The position numbers and the translations under genes are program-made. The notes beneath the pieces are model-generated. The model was given only the letters and a program-made list of their open reading frames with translations, was not told where the DNA came from and searched no databases. DNA of 64,000 bases from an uncultured Nitrososphaerales archaeon (GTDB taxonomy: Archaea; Thermoproteota; Nitrososphaeria; Nitrososphaerales; Nitrososphaeraceae): positions 1,184,001-1,248,000 of the forward strand of contig CAVOHZ010000010.1 in NCBI GenBank assembly GCA_963695855.1, written 5' to 3'. Below are positions 1 to 10,454 of this stretch, piece after piece (within the stretch, counting starts at the first letter, position 1; every line of letters starts with the position of its first letter).

Positions 1-40
1 TTATCTTCAAATAAGTAAGTGATTGTTTTCCTCTAAAATC

Positions 41-1442
41 AAAATTACATTTTATGGGGGAGTAAATGAAATAGGTGGAAACAAAATCCTAATTGAAGAT
101 AAGATACAAAGGTTTTCTTGGATTTGGAAAAAGTTTCAGCCGTAGAGCAAGATTTTTCTAAGAGTTCATCAATCCTAGAACGTCAAATGGTATTGTTGAC
201 TTTATTGCTATGGGACTAGTTCCAGGTATTTCTGGAATATATAGAAATGATTTGATAAAACTAACAGGCAGAAAAACCGAAAAACCTGAAATTGCTGCAG
301 TATTACTTTCTCATGCTCATTCAGACCATGCTGATTACATCTCTTTTTTGCATGAGGATATACCGGTTTACATGGGAGAAACATGTTATATGATTTTAAA
401 GGCACTGGAGGAAAGGTCGTCCAGAAATATTGAAAGAGAGATACTAAACTACAAACCAAGACCATACAGTACAAAAGACAAAGCTATAGAAAGAAAAATA
501 GAGACTTTTAGAACAGGAGACAAGTTCAAGATAGGTTCTCTCGAAATAGAACCAATCCATGTTGACCATTCAGTACCCGGAGCATATGGATTCATTATCT
601 ATACATCAAGTGGACCTGTTGTGTATACTGGTGATATCAGACTACATGGATTCAAATCTCAAATGACATTTGACTTTATAGAAAGAGCTAAAGCGGTAAA
701 ACCGATTGCTCTGATTACTGAAGGAACCAGGATAAACGACATAGAAAAGATAGAAAGCGAAGAATTAGTCTACAGAGAATCAGGCAAAATAGTTAGAGAG
801 ACTGATAGGCTCGTTCTTGTTGATTTTAATTTCAAAGATGTCGACAGATTCCGGACATTTTACAACATAGCAAAAGAAAATAATAGAAAATTTGTTGTAA
901 AACTAAACGATGCATATTTTCTAAAATATTTATCTCAAGACAAAAATCTTGACGTTCCAAATATAGATGACGAAGATATTATTATTTATTTGCCAAAGAG
1001 AGGTTCTGGAACATACTCAGATTCAGATTATAAGGGCAAAGATGGTCAGTTTCTAGATCTTCATAATGCATGGACCGCAGAACAAATTGCTCCAAGGGAA
1101 GACAAGGTGCTCTGTGCAATAGGATTTTTCAGTTTTACCGCGTTAATTGACATGAAACTAAAACCAGGTGCAAGATATATCCACTCCGCAAGTGAACCGT
1201 ATAATGAAGAACAAGAGTTTGACCAAGTTAGGATAAACAATTGGATTGAACATTTTGGTATGACAAAGTTTCAGAGTCACTGTTCAGGACATGCAAGAGG
1301 TCGAGATCTTTTAAATGTAGTCAGAGAGATAGACTCAAAGATGTTATTTCCTGTTCATACTGAATATCCAGATGCTTATGCCAAAGTCACAAAAAACATG
1401 ACGATAATAGAAGAGGGAAAAAAATATGTCATCAAAGGGTGA
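41..1442 (+). CDS. RNase J-like MBL-fold/beta-CASP nuclease; open frame 210-1442, N-terminus (41-209) broken by two 1-nt deletions and a TAA
   Basis: Motifs SHAHSDH, HVDHSVPGA, YTGD, ITEGT, HCSGHA, PVHTE. The upstream DNA reads KITFYGGVNEIGGNKILIED-KDTKVFLD-FGKSF across frame changes near 101 and 123, with TAA at 159-161. Confidence 0.85.
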
Positions 1443-1467
1443 TATGAGGAAAGAACCAATGCGATCA

Positions 1468-1516
1468 GAAAAAATCTCACTTATAATTATCACACATATA
1501 CAATATTAATTGTATA
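1468..1516 (+). promoter_or_regulatory. Possible BRE/TATA promoter and minimal CRISPR leader
   Basis: GAAAAAA followed by TTATAATT (1481-1488), about 30 bp before the first repeat. Confidence 0.4.
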
Positions 1517-2396
1517 GTTTCAAACCTATTTTAGTCAATTTCTAAGTTTGATATAATGGACATCACCAGCCGGCCCATTTGCGTTTCAAACCTATTTTAG
1601 TCAATTTCTAAGCATGAAGATAACCCAATCAATGGATTTGGATGCTCTGTTTCAAACCTATTTTAGTCAATTTCTAAGGTTATATCATAGACAAGTTTGA
1701 GCTTATGTTTTTGAAGTTTCAAACCTATTTTAGTCAATTTCTAAGGAATACTAAGGACACTGCTCAAAGTATCGGTCATGGGTTTCAAACCTATTTTAGT
1801 CAATTTCTAAGTTGTTTTACCTCTTTTTGCTTTCTATTGTTCATAGCAAGTTTCAAACCTATTTTAGTCAATTTCTAAGGCATTATTTATGCTGCCGATA
1901 TTTACAAGAACAAAGGTTTCAAACCTATTTTAGTCAATTTCTAAGATTATTACAACGACATAGGTTTGGATAGAAAAGAATTAGTTTCAAACCCATTTTA
2001 GTCAATTTCTAAGCTACTAGGAATTAAAACCTTATTCATGTCTGTTATTCCAGTTTCAAACCCATTTTAGTCAATTTCTAAGAAATGTGATAAAATTGGA
2101 TCAGTTTTCACTCCGTTTCAAACCCATTTTAGTCAATTTCTAAGGCAAAAAAAGAGATTACTATTGACCCAAAGAGAGGACAGTTTCAAACCCATTTTAG
2201 TCAATTTCTAAGGCAAAAAAAGAGATTACTATTGACCCAAAGAGAGGACAGTTTCAAACCCATTTTAGTCAATTTCTAAGATAAATATGTTGGGTTTAAA
2301 AGGAAAGTAATAATTAAGTTTCAAACCCATTTTAGTCAATTTCTAAGTCAGGATGAAAATTGATCCGTCGTTATCACATTTTTCTAGTTTCAAACC
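1517..2396. CRISPR. CRISPR array: 13 complete 30-bp repeats GTTTCAAACC(T/C)ATTTTAGTCAATTTCTAAG, one truncated repeat, 13 spacers of 32-39 bp
   Basis: Repeats start at 1517, 1583, 1649, 1716, 1782, 1850, 1916, 1984, 2053, 2115, 2183, 2251, 2318; partial GTTTCAAACC at 2387. Spacers 10 and 11 are identical. Confidence 0.98.
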
Positions 2397-2406
2397 GTAT
2401 GTATAC

Positions 2407-2694
2407 TACTGTCATTTTAAGTATTAATTCATTATAAATATTAATAAATTTCTGACTCAACTTATATGTATGGTTTTTCCAAATGGAAAAACTAATGAAG
2501 TCTCTAAAGATGATTCATCACTTTCTAAGAGGCTTCAATTTGTCATGCTAAAAAATGTTAGACCAGCATTTGATCTTAAAAAATGAAATATTAATAAAAT
2601 TCTTTCTAATAGAAAATATATCAATGATATTTTAGGAATAAAAAAAAGTTTTGTAACAATATTGTTACATTATTTTCTATTCAACTAGATTTCT
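2407..2694 (+). repeat. Copy 1 of a ~288-bp direct duplication (partner 7934-8220)
   Basis: Near-identical from TACTGTCATTTTAAGTA to CTATTCAACTAGATTTCT, with scattered substitutions. Confidence 0.95.
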
Positions 2695-2915
2695 TCATAC
2701 ATAAAAACTTTACCAAAATGGGATTTATTGACTATAATGAGAAAAATCGAAAAGTATTTTTTAAAGGAATTCAAAAAATCTTCAGAAATATGTTACTATA
2801 AATTTTCCAGAAATATATTAGTAGAGATTTTACAGAAAAATATTACTAGTATATTAATATCAGTTAACTAAGTTAACTCATCCTTACATATTAGATTTCG
2901 TAATGCAAGAGGAAC

Positions 2916-3200
2916 ATGAAATCTCTTTACGAAAAAAACACTTTCGCTGTAATCGCTATAGTAACTGCCATATTCATGGTTGGTATAATGATGTCCGGCC
3001 CAATATTTGAAAATGCATATGCAAATGATGACCATCATGGCCACTACCATCACCACTACCATCACCACTACCGTCACCACCACCATCATGACCATGACAA
3101 CGACTGCTACGATCATCATGACCATGACCACGACTACTACGATCATCATGACCATGACAACGACTGCTACGATCATCATGACCATGACCACGACGACTAA
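2916..3200 (+). CDS. Secreted His/Asp-rich low-complexity protein
   Basis: Signal peptide ending AYA, followed by HHHY and DHHDHD repeats; similar layout to 52272-52685. Confidence 0.75.
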   Translation: MKSLYEKNTFAVIAIVTAIFMVGIMMSGPIFENAYANDDHHGHYHHHYHHHYRHHHHHDHDNDCYDHHDHDHDYYDHHDHDNDCYDHHDHDHDD

Positions 3201-3246
3201 CAACACAAATCTAGAAACATCTAGATCTTTTTTTAATTTGAATCAA

Positions 3247-3600
3247 TTAACAATTCCTTGGTAAGATGCTAATATTTGGTGTATAAAGATATTTGAATTT
3301 ATAGCTGTATGGTATTGTAAAGAATATCAATAGATGGCCTTTATCATTTCTTTTTATTTTTGTACGCTGAGATAACAATTCTATAGCCACATTAATATTA
3401 TGTATCTCACCAATGGATATTAAAGACTCAATGAAATTTTTAAAATCCTTCGAATGTATATTAGTTACATGCAGTATAAGATTACCATTTTGTATGTTGT
3501 CGTTATAACTTCTAGGCTTGAGTTTAGGTTTCTCTTCTTTATTAAAAATTGAAAATTGAAAGATCTCATCCATTGCGCTTGTAGTTAAATTACTTTCCAT
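3247..3600 (-). CDS. Hypothetical protein
   Basis: 117-aa ORF with ATG start and no recognised motif. Confidence 0.4.
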   Translation of the reverse strand: MESNLTTSAMDEIFQFSIFNKEEKPKLKPRSYNDNIQNGNLILHVTNIHSKDFKNFIESLISIGEIHNINVAIELLSQRTKIKRNDKGHLLIFFTIPYSYKFKYLYTPNISILPRNC

Positions 3601-3864
3601 CTATAAAATCTATAACCCATAGATTAAATGAATTATCGATATTGTATATACTACAGATAGTTTACATATATTACTTCAAACTTTAGATCTGTATGGCTTC
3701 AAACAAATATTTGCGAATGATCTCTAAATCTAATGATTGTTTACACGTTAATTTGCCAAAGGCAGTTAAGAATTTAGGTTTTGAATTCCAAAATTATGTT
3801 ACAGTACAATTGAATCCAGATGAATCTATTACGATTAAAAAAATCGATTTGGATTTGAATTAGA

Positions 3865-4149
3865 ATGAATTTAATAGAGAAAAGTTTAAAAAAATTTGAG
3901 AAATTAAGTAAAGTAAGACCTTTACCAATAGAAGTAAAGCATAAGGCTGAAGAAAAAATCAATCAAATTATACAGAACAAAGTTTCTAATACAGAGGTAC
4001 AAGAATTGAATTCAGCAGTCAAAAATATATCGAATCTAACAGGTTATCCTAGTTCTAGAGTTATGGAAGCTTTAATGAAATCAGATACAAAGAAGATCAT
4101 TATGGTCAATACTGAAGGTAAAATTTTTATTAAAAGAAACGAAGAATAG
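3865..4149 (+). CDS. Hypothetical protein
   Basis: 94-aa ORF, charged and helical composition. Confidence 0.55.
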   Translation: MNLIEKSLKKFEKLSKVRPLPIEVKHKAEEKINQIIQNKVSNTEVQELNSAVKNISNLTGYPSSRVMEALMKSDTKKIIMVNTEGKIFIKRNEE

Positions 4150-4444
4150 AAAGATTAAGGTTTATTTGTCCGCAATAATTGTAGGTTCTCTATGGTTGAG
4201 TTTAAAACTTTCTACTAAACTTTCAATTCTTCTATGTTCAAAGGCAGATAGATTAAAAACTGAATTTTTGTCAATTATAATATAAGAATCTTTATTTTTC
4301 TCTATAGATTTAAATTCTTTATTCCTATCATCATACAAACTAAAATCATTTGAAAATATCGATTCTATCGCTTTAAATCTATTTCCAAAATAAATTATAA
4401 AGGCTACACATCTAAATCCACTTAAATCCTTATTCTATCAATAT

Positions 4445-5800
4445 TCAATAGACATTTTTCTCAAAAGATAATGGTTTAAAGTTAAGATTTAGATCATTAG
4501 CATATCTGTATGCTCTTTTTATTTCTTCTTTGGTGGGAGATCTTGCAATTTCATTATACCGATCTTTATATTTTGGGGACAATGGATTACATAGATTGTC
4601 TGGATGGTATTGATCCATAATGTTGATCTGAACTTCTGGCATATTCTTGGCAATCCACTCTAAAACAGGATTAGTACAACACTCAATATGATTGGGCATT
4701 ACTAGATGACGTATTACAAAATCCTCTCCCCATCGATGCACAAGTTTTAGATTTTTAGTTACAGTTTCCCAGTACCAAGGAGTTCTAGAAAGGTCTAACG
4801 CACATTTGCCAGGACCAAACTTGAAGTCTGGTAGCCAGCCGTCCATGAGTGTGCGCAGAATACTCATTGTCTCACTACTCATAAAGAAGTTCGAGTTCCA
4901 GAGCTGTGGACTATTGAATATAGACTGTTTATAGAATGCATATCCCGAATCAGGAGGTGAATTGTCAAAATATTTATCAGATTTGACCGATTCAATATAA
5001 TCAAGATCCTTTATATTATTTATCCAGTCTATCTTGAAGGAGTCGAGCATACTTATTGCCTGTGTAATGGTATGGAGGTGTATAGTTGGATCACCCCCAA
5101 CCCAGTTAATATTATGACATCCTTCCATTCTAAGCTGCCAAATCATTAAGGCTAAATTATTTGGGGTAATAAGAATACCATTTTCCTTGTCTGTGCTTAT
5201 ATCTCCATTTTGACAAAAAGAGCACCTCATATTGCAGCTTGTAAAAAAAATTGTTCCTGATCCATTGGTTCCTCTGAAAATAAGTTCCTCACCACGATGA
5301 TGAAAATAACTGCTTACTTTAGAAGTTGATTCAAGCTGACAAGTACCACGCTTTTTATGTGTTTTAGTCTGGCATGATCCGTCTTCATTAACTGTTAGTT
5401 GATTAGATCGGTCAATCTGACAATTCCAGCGACAAAAGTTGCAGTGTGTTAGCATGCGTTTGACAAGCTCAACAGTCAAATCCAGTAGTGAGGTTTTCTT
5501 ATGTTGTTTTAATTCGGTTATTATGTCAGTTTCTTCAGATCTTATTGATTTCCACCTCTCTAGGAATATTTTTGTTAGATTTGTAAATTCTTCCCAAAGT
5601 TTTTGTTCATTTATGCCTGATAAATCCATAAATTTACAGGGTATGGATCTGGAAATCAAGTATTTGGCAGGCATCCGATTTGTTGACACAGCGAAGTACC
5701 AAGGTAAGCCCGTTCCCCTATTCTCTTTTAGCTGTTTCCATATGTATAAAGATTCAAAATTCAGAAAGCCTTTATTATCAGTTTGAAAGGATGATCTCAT
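4445..5800 (-). CDS. pflX: Radical SAM protein, PflX (pyruvate formate-lyase activating enzyme-like) family
   Basis: CNFCRWNC, GEE...GSGTIFF, CNMRCSFCQN (CxxxCxxC), NINWVGGDPT, PDFKFG, IRHLVMPNH, MDQYHP. Confidence 0.85.
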   Translation of the reverse strand: MRSSFQTDNKGFLNFESLYIWKQLKENRGTGLPWYFAVSTNRMPAKYLISRSIPCKFMDLSGINEQKLWEEFTNLTKIFLERWKSIRSEETDIITELKQHKKTSLLDLTVELVKRMLTHCNFCRWNCQIDRSNQLTVNEDGSCQTKTHKKRGTCQLESTSKVSSYFHHRGEELIFRGTNGSGTIFFTSCNMRCSFCQNGDISTDKENGILITPNNLALMIWQLRMEGCHNINWVGGDPTIHLHTITQAISMLDSFKIDWINNIKDLDYIESVKSDKYFDNSPPDSGYAFYKQSIFNSPQLWNSNFFMSSETMSILRTLMDGWLPDFKFGPGKCALDLSRTPWYWETVTKNLKLVHRWGEDFVIRHLVMPNHIECCTNPVLEWIAKNMPEVQINIMDQYHPDNLCNPLSPKYKDRYNEIARSPTKEEIKRAYRYANDLNLNFKPLSFEKNVY

Positions 5801-6217
5801 GGTATTATATTATAATAGTAATATATTTGACAAGATTTATTTATATTTGTAACCCTTTATCTTCAATAAACTAAAATCAATTTACTTTCATAGTTTTCAT
5901 AGAATATGAGAGGATATCCTCAGCTATATAAGTATGAAAATTAATAATGTAATAGCAATTCAATAATCAATATTAGCGACAAGATTACTTAACTAGATTT
6001 TCAAGTTTTAATCGATAATATTAATAAAATTTTTACTTTCTGTCATATTTTTAATTGGAGATTCTAGAGATTTAATCTATGAGGTTTGTTCTTACTTGTT
6101 TTTATTACCAATAGGGAACATATCTCCATTGCTTTCTCAATAAAATCTCACACTTTTATTTTTTATAAATCTATATTGAATAGATTGTTTGGATACGAAC
6201 AAAAAAATGGAAAATAA

Positions 6218-6712
6218 TCAAGGTTTATAAATAGTATCAAAAATCCGATCCCGAAATTGTTCCAAAATAGAATACGAAGGTTCAAACTCTTTACTGTCAT
6301 AATAATCAGACAACAAGTCTTTATTACTCAGAATGGGTTTAATTATATCTTTATCAGTAATTATTCCAATTAGTTTTTGTTCATTATTAATTACTGGTAG
6401 TCTTCTAAAGTTATGTGAATGCATAATTTGTAAGGCCTCTATTAACGAATTAGAATCTTTAATTGTAATTAGTGGAGAAGTCATTATCTTTTGTGCTTGT
6501 AATTGTAAAGTATCTTCTTCTTGCGCAATACAGTATACTATATCTCGTTCTGTGATTATTCCAACAGGATCATTAGATTCATTTACTACTATAAGACTGC
6601 CGATATTGTTATTTTTCATAATTTGGCATATTTGTAATAATGGTCTTGTTATTTGACTTGTCTTCACGTTACTAGACATAAAATTCGAAATATTGGTACT
6701 TTTTAAGCTCAA
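6218..6712 (-). CDS. CBS-domain pair protein
   Basis: IGSLIVV..PVGIITERDI and RRLPVI..LIGIITDKDI. Confidence 0.9.
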   Translation of the reverse strand: MSLKSTNISNFMSSNVKTSQITRPLLQICQIMKNNNIGSLIVVNESNDPVGIITERDIVYCIAQEEDTLQLQAQKIMTSPLITIKDSNSLIEALQIMHSHNFRRLPVINNEQKLIGIITDKDIIKPILSNKDLLSDYYDSKEFEPSYSILEQFRDRIFDTIYKP

Positions 6713-7933
6713 GATGAATATATTTATAGAAGAATACTTCTACATATCTCTTTTCTTTTTTAATCAATTTATTACCTGAATCTGATCCGGTTACATCCAA
6801 ATCTTTTTGCTATACGTAAATCCAGAATTTATTGTTATATCTCATTTGTTACTTTATGACATTGTATATTGTGTGGTCTTCTACTTCACTTCTTATCATC
6901 TCTTTATAAGTTAATTGTTCTGTTTTTATTAATTTTATTTCTTCATCCTTTTGGAGCATTAATTGCTGAAATATTTTTCTTGCATCTTGTAATTCCTTAT
7001 CCTTATAATCCTTGGGATAGGTTTTAGAATAAAAATTTGTTGTTTATTTTATCATGTAATTTAACATGATAAAATATTATATTATATTATATTATGTCTG
7101 TGGAATAAATAGATAGGTAGATAGATAGAAATACTATTATTTTTGTATTTGTTGTATTTTTTCTAGATATTCACAAATATGTTTCTTGTTGGTCTGCACT
7201 TCCAAATATTCTCCCTTTGAGGGATGCCAATATATTGGAATATCGCAGCCATAGCACGATTTAACATTCATTTTGTTTTACTTCACTTCTTAGTATAATT
7301 AATCACATTTCTATTTTTTAAAATATTGCTATATAATATAGATAGTATCAATAGTTCTATCTACCTATATTCTCATGATATTATAACAATTTAAAAAAAT
7401 ATTTTTATAAATTTATAAATCTATTACTCTAGCGATATTGTCAATATAAAATCAGAATTTTGAATAATTCCGGAGTAGAAGGAGGGTAGAAATGGTCACC
7501 TTCTTCGTTCCGGAGTCCTGGTAAGTCGTTGAAGGATGTAAATTCAATTACGATAAAGTGGTTTATCTCTATTTATAATAGAAAACCTTTACGGGTATAT
7601 TGATCTAAATAATTACATTAGCATATGCGTGTTACTAATTGACTGCTATTCAACACAGTAATCCAACATCTTCTAAATACTGTAATCAATGTGGTTCAAA
7701 CTTAATGATCTTACCTGAACATCTATCAAAAATATGATGATAAATAATGGGGATATATTCATTGACAAGATAAACAGAGATCATTGAATAGCTTTGATAA
7801 ATACTCACCAATAGTTGAAGAAATGGCAAATAGTATTAAAATAACAAAGCCAAATTTTGAAGGAGTAAATTGTTGAAACTATCTTTCAATTTTTTAGATA
7901 ATAATTTTTAATTCTGTAACACTTGTGTTTATT

Positions 7934-8220
7934 TACTGTCATTTTAAGTACTAATTCATTATAAATATTAATAAATTTCCTACTCAACATACATTTATGG
8001 TCTTTTCAAATGGGAAAACTAATGAAGTCTCTAAAGATGATTCATCACTTTCTAAGAGGCTTCAATTTGTCATGCTAAAAAATGTTAGACCAGCATTTGA
8101 GCTTAAAAAATTAAATATTAATAAAATTCTTTCTAATAGAAAATATATCAATGATATTTAGGAATAAAAAAAAGTTTTGTAACAATATTGTTACATTATT
8201 TTCTATTCAACTAGATTTCT
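7934..8220 (+). repeat. Copy 2 of the ~288-bp duplication; includes the stop and putative terminator of gene 8203-8625
   Basis: Matches 2407-2694. Confidence 0.95.
8166..8195 (-). terminator. Putative terminator of 8203-8625
   Basis: Perfect palindrome TGTAACAATATTGTTACA (8178-8195) followed on the minus strand by a T tract, just after the stop. Confidence 0.55.
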
Positions 8221-8625
8221 GCCGTGGATTTTTAGTAGTCTTTGTAAAATCTCAGCAGCAATATGTCCTTTAACAGTTTGTTTGAGGTCAAGACCCGATA
8301 TTTCTTGAACAATTGTAGCAAATTTTGGATGTTTTGCCTTGATTTCTGATGCTTTTGCCTTGATTTCTTCTTCTGTCATATATTCCTCTAACGGTGAACG
8401 ACTCTGACCAGTTATTTTTTCCTCAACTAGATTTCTGGCATGTGCTTTTAGTATTCTCTGTAAAACTCCCGCTACAAAATAAGCTCTGAAAGTTTCTTTC
8501 AGATCAAGATCAGGAATTTCTTGAACAATTGTAGCATACTTTGGATGGCTTGTTTTAAATTCTGCTGCTTTTGACTTAAATTCTTCTTTTGTCATTCTAA
8601 TATCTTCTAAAATGGTTGTCATCAT
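8203..8625 (-). CDS. Hypothetical protein with two tandem ~70-aa helical repeats, no signal peptide
   Basis: Repeat MT.EE.K.KA.E.K..HPK.ATIVQEI..LDLK.T...LQR.LK.H.RNLVE; paralog of 11265-11798. Confidence 0.85.
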   Translation of the reverse strand: MMTTILEDIRMTKEEFKSKAAEFKTSHPKYATIVQEIPDLDLKETFRAYFVAGVLQRILKAHARNLVEEKITGQSRSPLEEYMTEEEIKAKASEIKAKHPKFATIVQEISGLDLKQTVKGHIAAEILQRLLKIHGRNLVE

Positions 8626-9049
8626 AATGTGTGTATAAAAACACGTATATAACGATCTGTATCTCTGGAATAGATATATTTATATATAAATAAGAATACA
8701 GGAAACATATTGCATAGTATTGCAAACCATTACAATATATGTCAATAACAGAGTAATATATTTACAAATCTATACTTGCGTACGATTTTATATAACTCAA
8801 TTAAAATACCATATTCATATATTTAGCTAATCTGATTTCAGTCATACTATGTGAGTTGTAAACCGACCTTGGCGAAGAATGGTAATCAGGCATTATTACT
8901 TTTATTAATAAAATCCATTATTATAGAACATTTTTAATATTACTAGTTGATAATTTCATTAACGTTGAAGATAAAAATTATTTCAAGTCTTAAATATAAA
9001 TAGAAAAATTTCATTTTATATACACATGGAACATAAAATACTATTTTTC

Positions 9050-10168
9050 TCATTTAATTATTTTGAATTCATCTAATACTTCGCCATCATTGGAATAGTA
9101 TTTACCTATTAACGTATTTCCATTATCGGCTACATCGACGTTTAAAAATCCATAGCTGGAATCTTGCTGATATACGATATAAGGTTCTTGGTTGGTAAAA
9201 GCATCAAAATTAACTCCACCAGTTCCTACTATTATCTGAAACATTCCTTTAGGGGATGTGTATTCTGTTTTGCCGTTATCGTTAATAATTGGTTGTGATG
9301 AATTTTTTTCATTATAAGATATGGGGTAGGTTCTTTGGTAATTATGAGCATGGCCACTAAACAGTATATCAACTCCATATTTTTCAAATAGTGGATGGTA
9401 TGTATCTCTCAATTTTTTTATTGGATCACAAGAGTCATGAAGTCCACAAAGCGAAGAATATTGCTGTCTATGGGTCATAACAATAATCCATTTTATATCC
9501 GGATTTTTTGATGCTTGTGACAGATCTTTATTAACATATTCATATTGTTCTGTTTCTTCAGCATCTGAGAAACGATCTTCCTCACCAGCATTATATGTAG
9601 ATTCAGAAGACATCATTAGAAAATGGATATTTTTGTCGTCAAATGAATAATACGGATCGGATAATTCAAAGTTTTCCATATATTGTTGAAAAAAGGTTGG
9701 CGTCATATAATCATGATTACCAACTATTGCCTTCATTTTATCAGAGATAGGTTTCACTATATCTAGCCAACAATTCATATCAGTACCATAGGATGTATCC
9801 CCAAGATTGAAGACTATTTCTGGATTGTGGTCTTGAATAGAATCTACTGTCTTTTTAGTATCTTTAGTGCAACCCCAATCACCAACCAATGCAAAATTGA
9901 AATTGGAGAAATTTTTTTCATCCTCAAACTGTTCATTTTTTTCCTTAAAAGACGTAAGTTGACTTTTAGGATCTGTACTTTCAGAGTTGTCACTTTTATG
10001 CGATGAAGAGCTTTTATCGCTAAATTCATTAGTATCATAATATTCTTCTGACTGGAATTCAAAAAAATCATCAGATTTGGAAAATGCAGTTTTTAATGAA
10101 ATATCAATAGAAAGTAATAAGGACAAGCTTAAGGAAATGATTAATATTTTATTATATTTATATAACAT
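9050..10168 (-). CDS. Secreted calcineurin-like metallophosphoesterase (purple acid phosphatase-like)
   Basis: Signal peptide; GDWG, GDTSY, GNHD, GHAHNYQR. Confidence 0.9.
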   Translation of the reverse strand: MLYKYNKILIISLSLSLLLSIDISLKTAFSKSDDFFEFQSEEYYDTNEFSDKSSSSHKSDNSESTDPKSQLTSFKEKNEQFEDEKNFSNFNFALVGDWGCTKDTKKTVDSIQDHNPEIVFNLGDTSYGTDMNCWLDIVKPISDKMKAIVGNHDYMTPTFFQQYMENFELSDPYYSFDDKNIHFLMMSSESTYNAGEEDRFSDAEETEQYEYVNKDLSQASKNPDIKWIIVMTHRQQYSSLCGLHDSCDPIKKLRDTYHPLFEKYGVDILFSGHAHNYQRTYPISYNEKNSSQPIINDNGKTEYTSPKGMFQIIVGTGGVNFDAFTNQEPYIVYQQDSSYGFLNVDVADNGNTLIGKYYSNDGEVLDEFKIIK

Positions 10169-10454
10169 ATTAACATAAAGATTTTAATTGCATATATATT
10201 TGTAATAAATAAGGTTTAATGTGTCAGCTAACATATGCTAAGCGATAATCCAAAGAACTTGATTTTCATCTATCTGTAATATTGACTATATGTATATACT
10301 TATCTCGTGCTTTGTCATTATGTTGATATATGATTTTAAATGCTTTGTTTTTTGCTATGTAATATTTATCTTGAATAGGTAGGTATCATTACACATATTT
10401 ATTTTCTATACTATTATAGATGAGATTTAAAAAATTTAAAATAGTAACCCTATT

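Noticed and set aside
1547-2386. Self-targeting spacers
   Set aside because: No match to the window was noticed by eye; this was not an exhaustive search.
2700-2725. ACCAAAATGGG resembling an inverted piece of the CRISPR repeat
   Set aside because: Only about 16/22 matches in AT-rich DNA and no spacer-length periodicity; could be chance.
2868-3264. Val/Met-rich and Thr-rich ORFs over the His-rich gene (same at 52362-52782)
   Set aside because: Alternative frames of low-complexity repeats; only the His frame has a coherent signal peptide.
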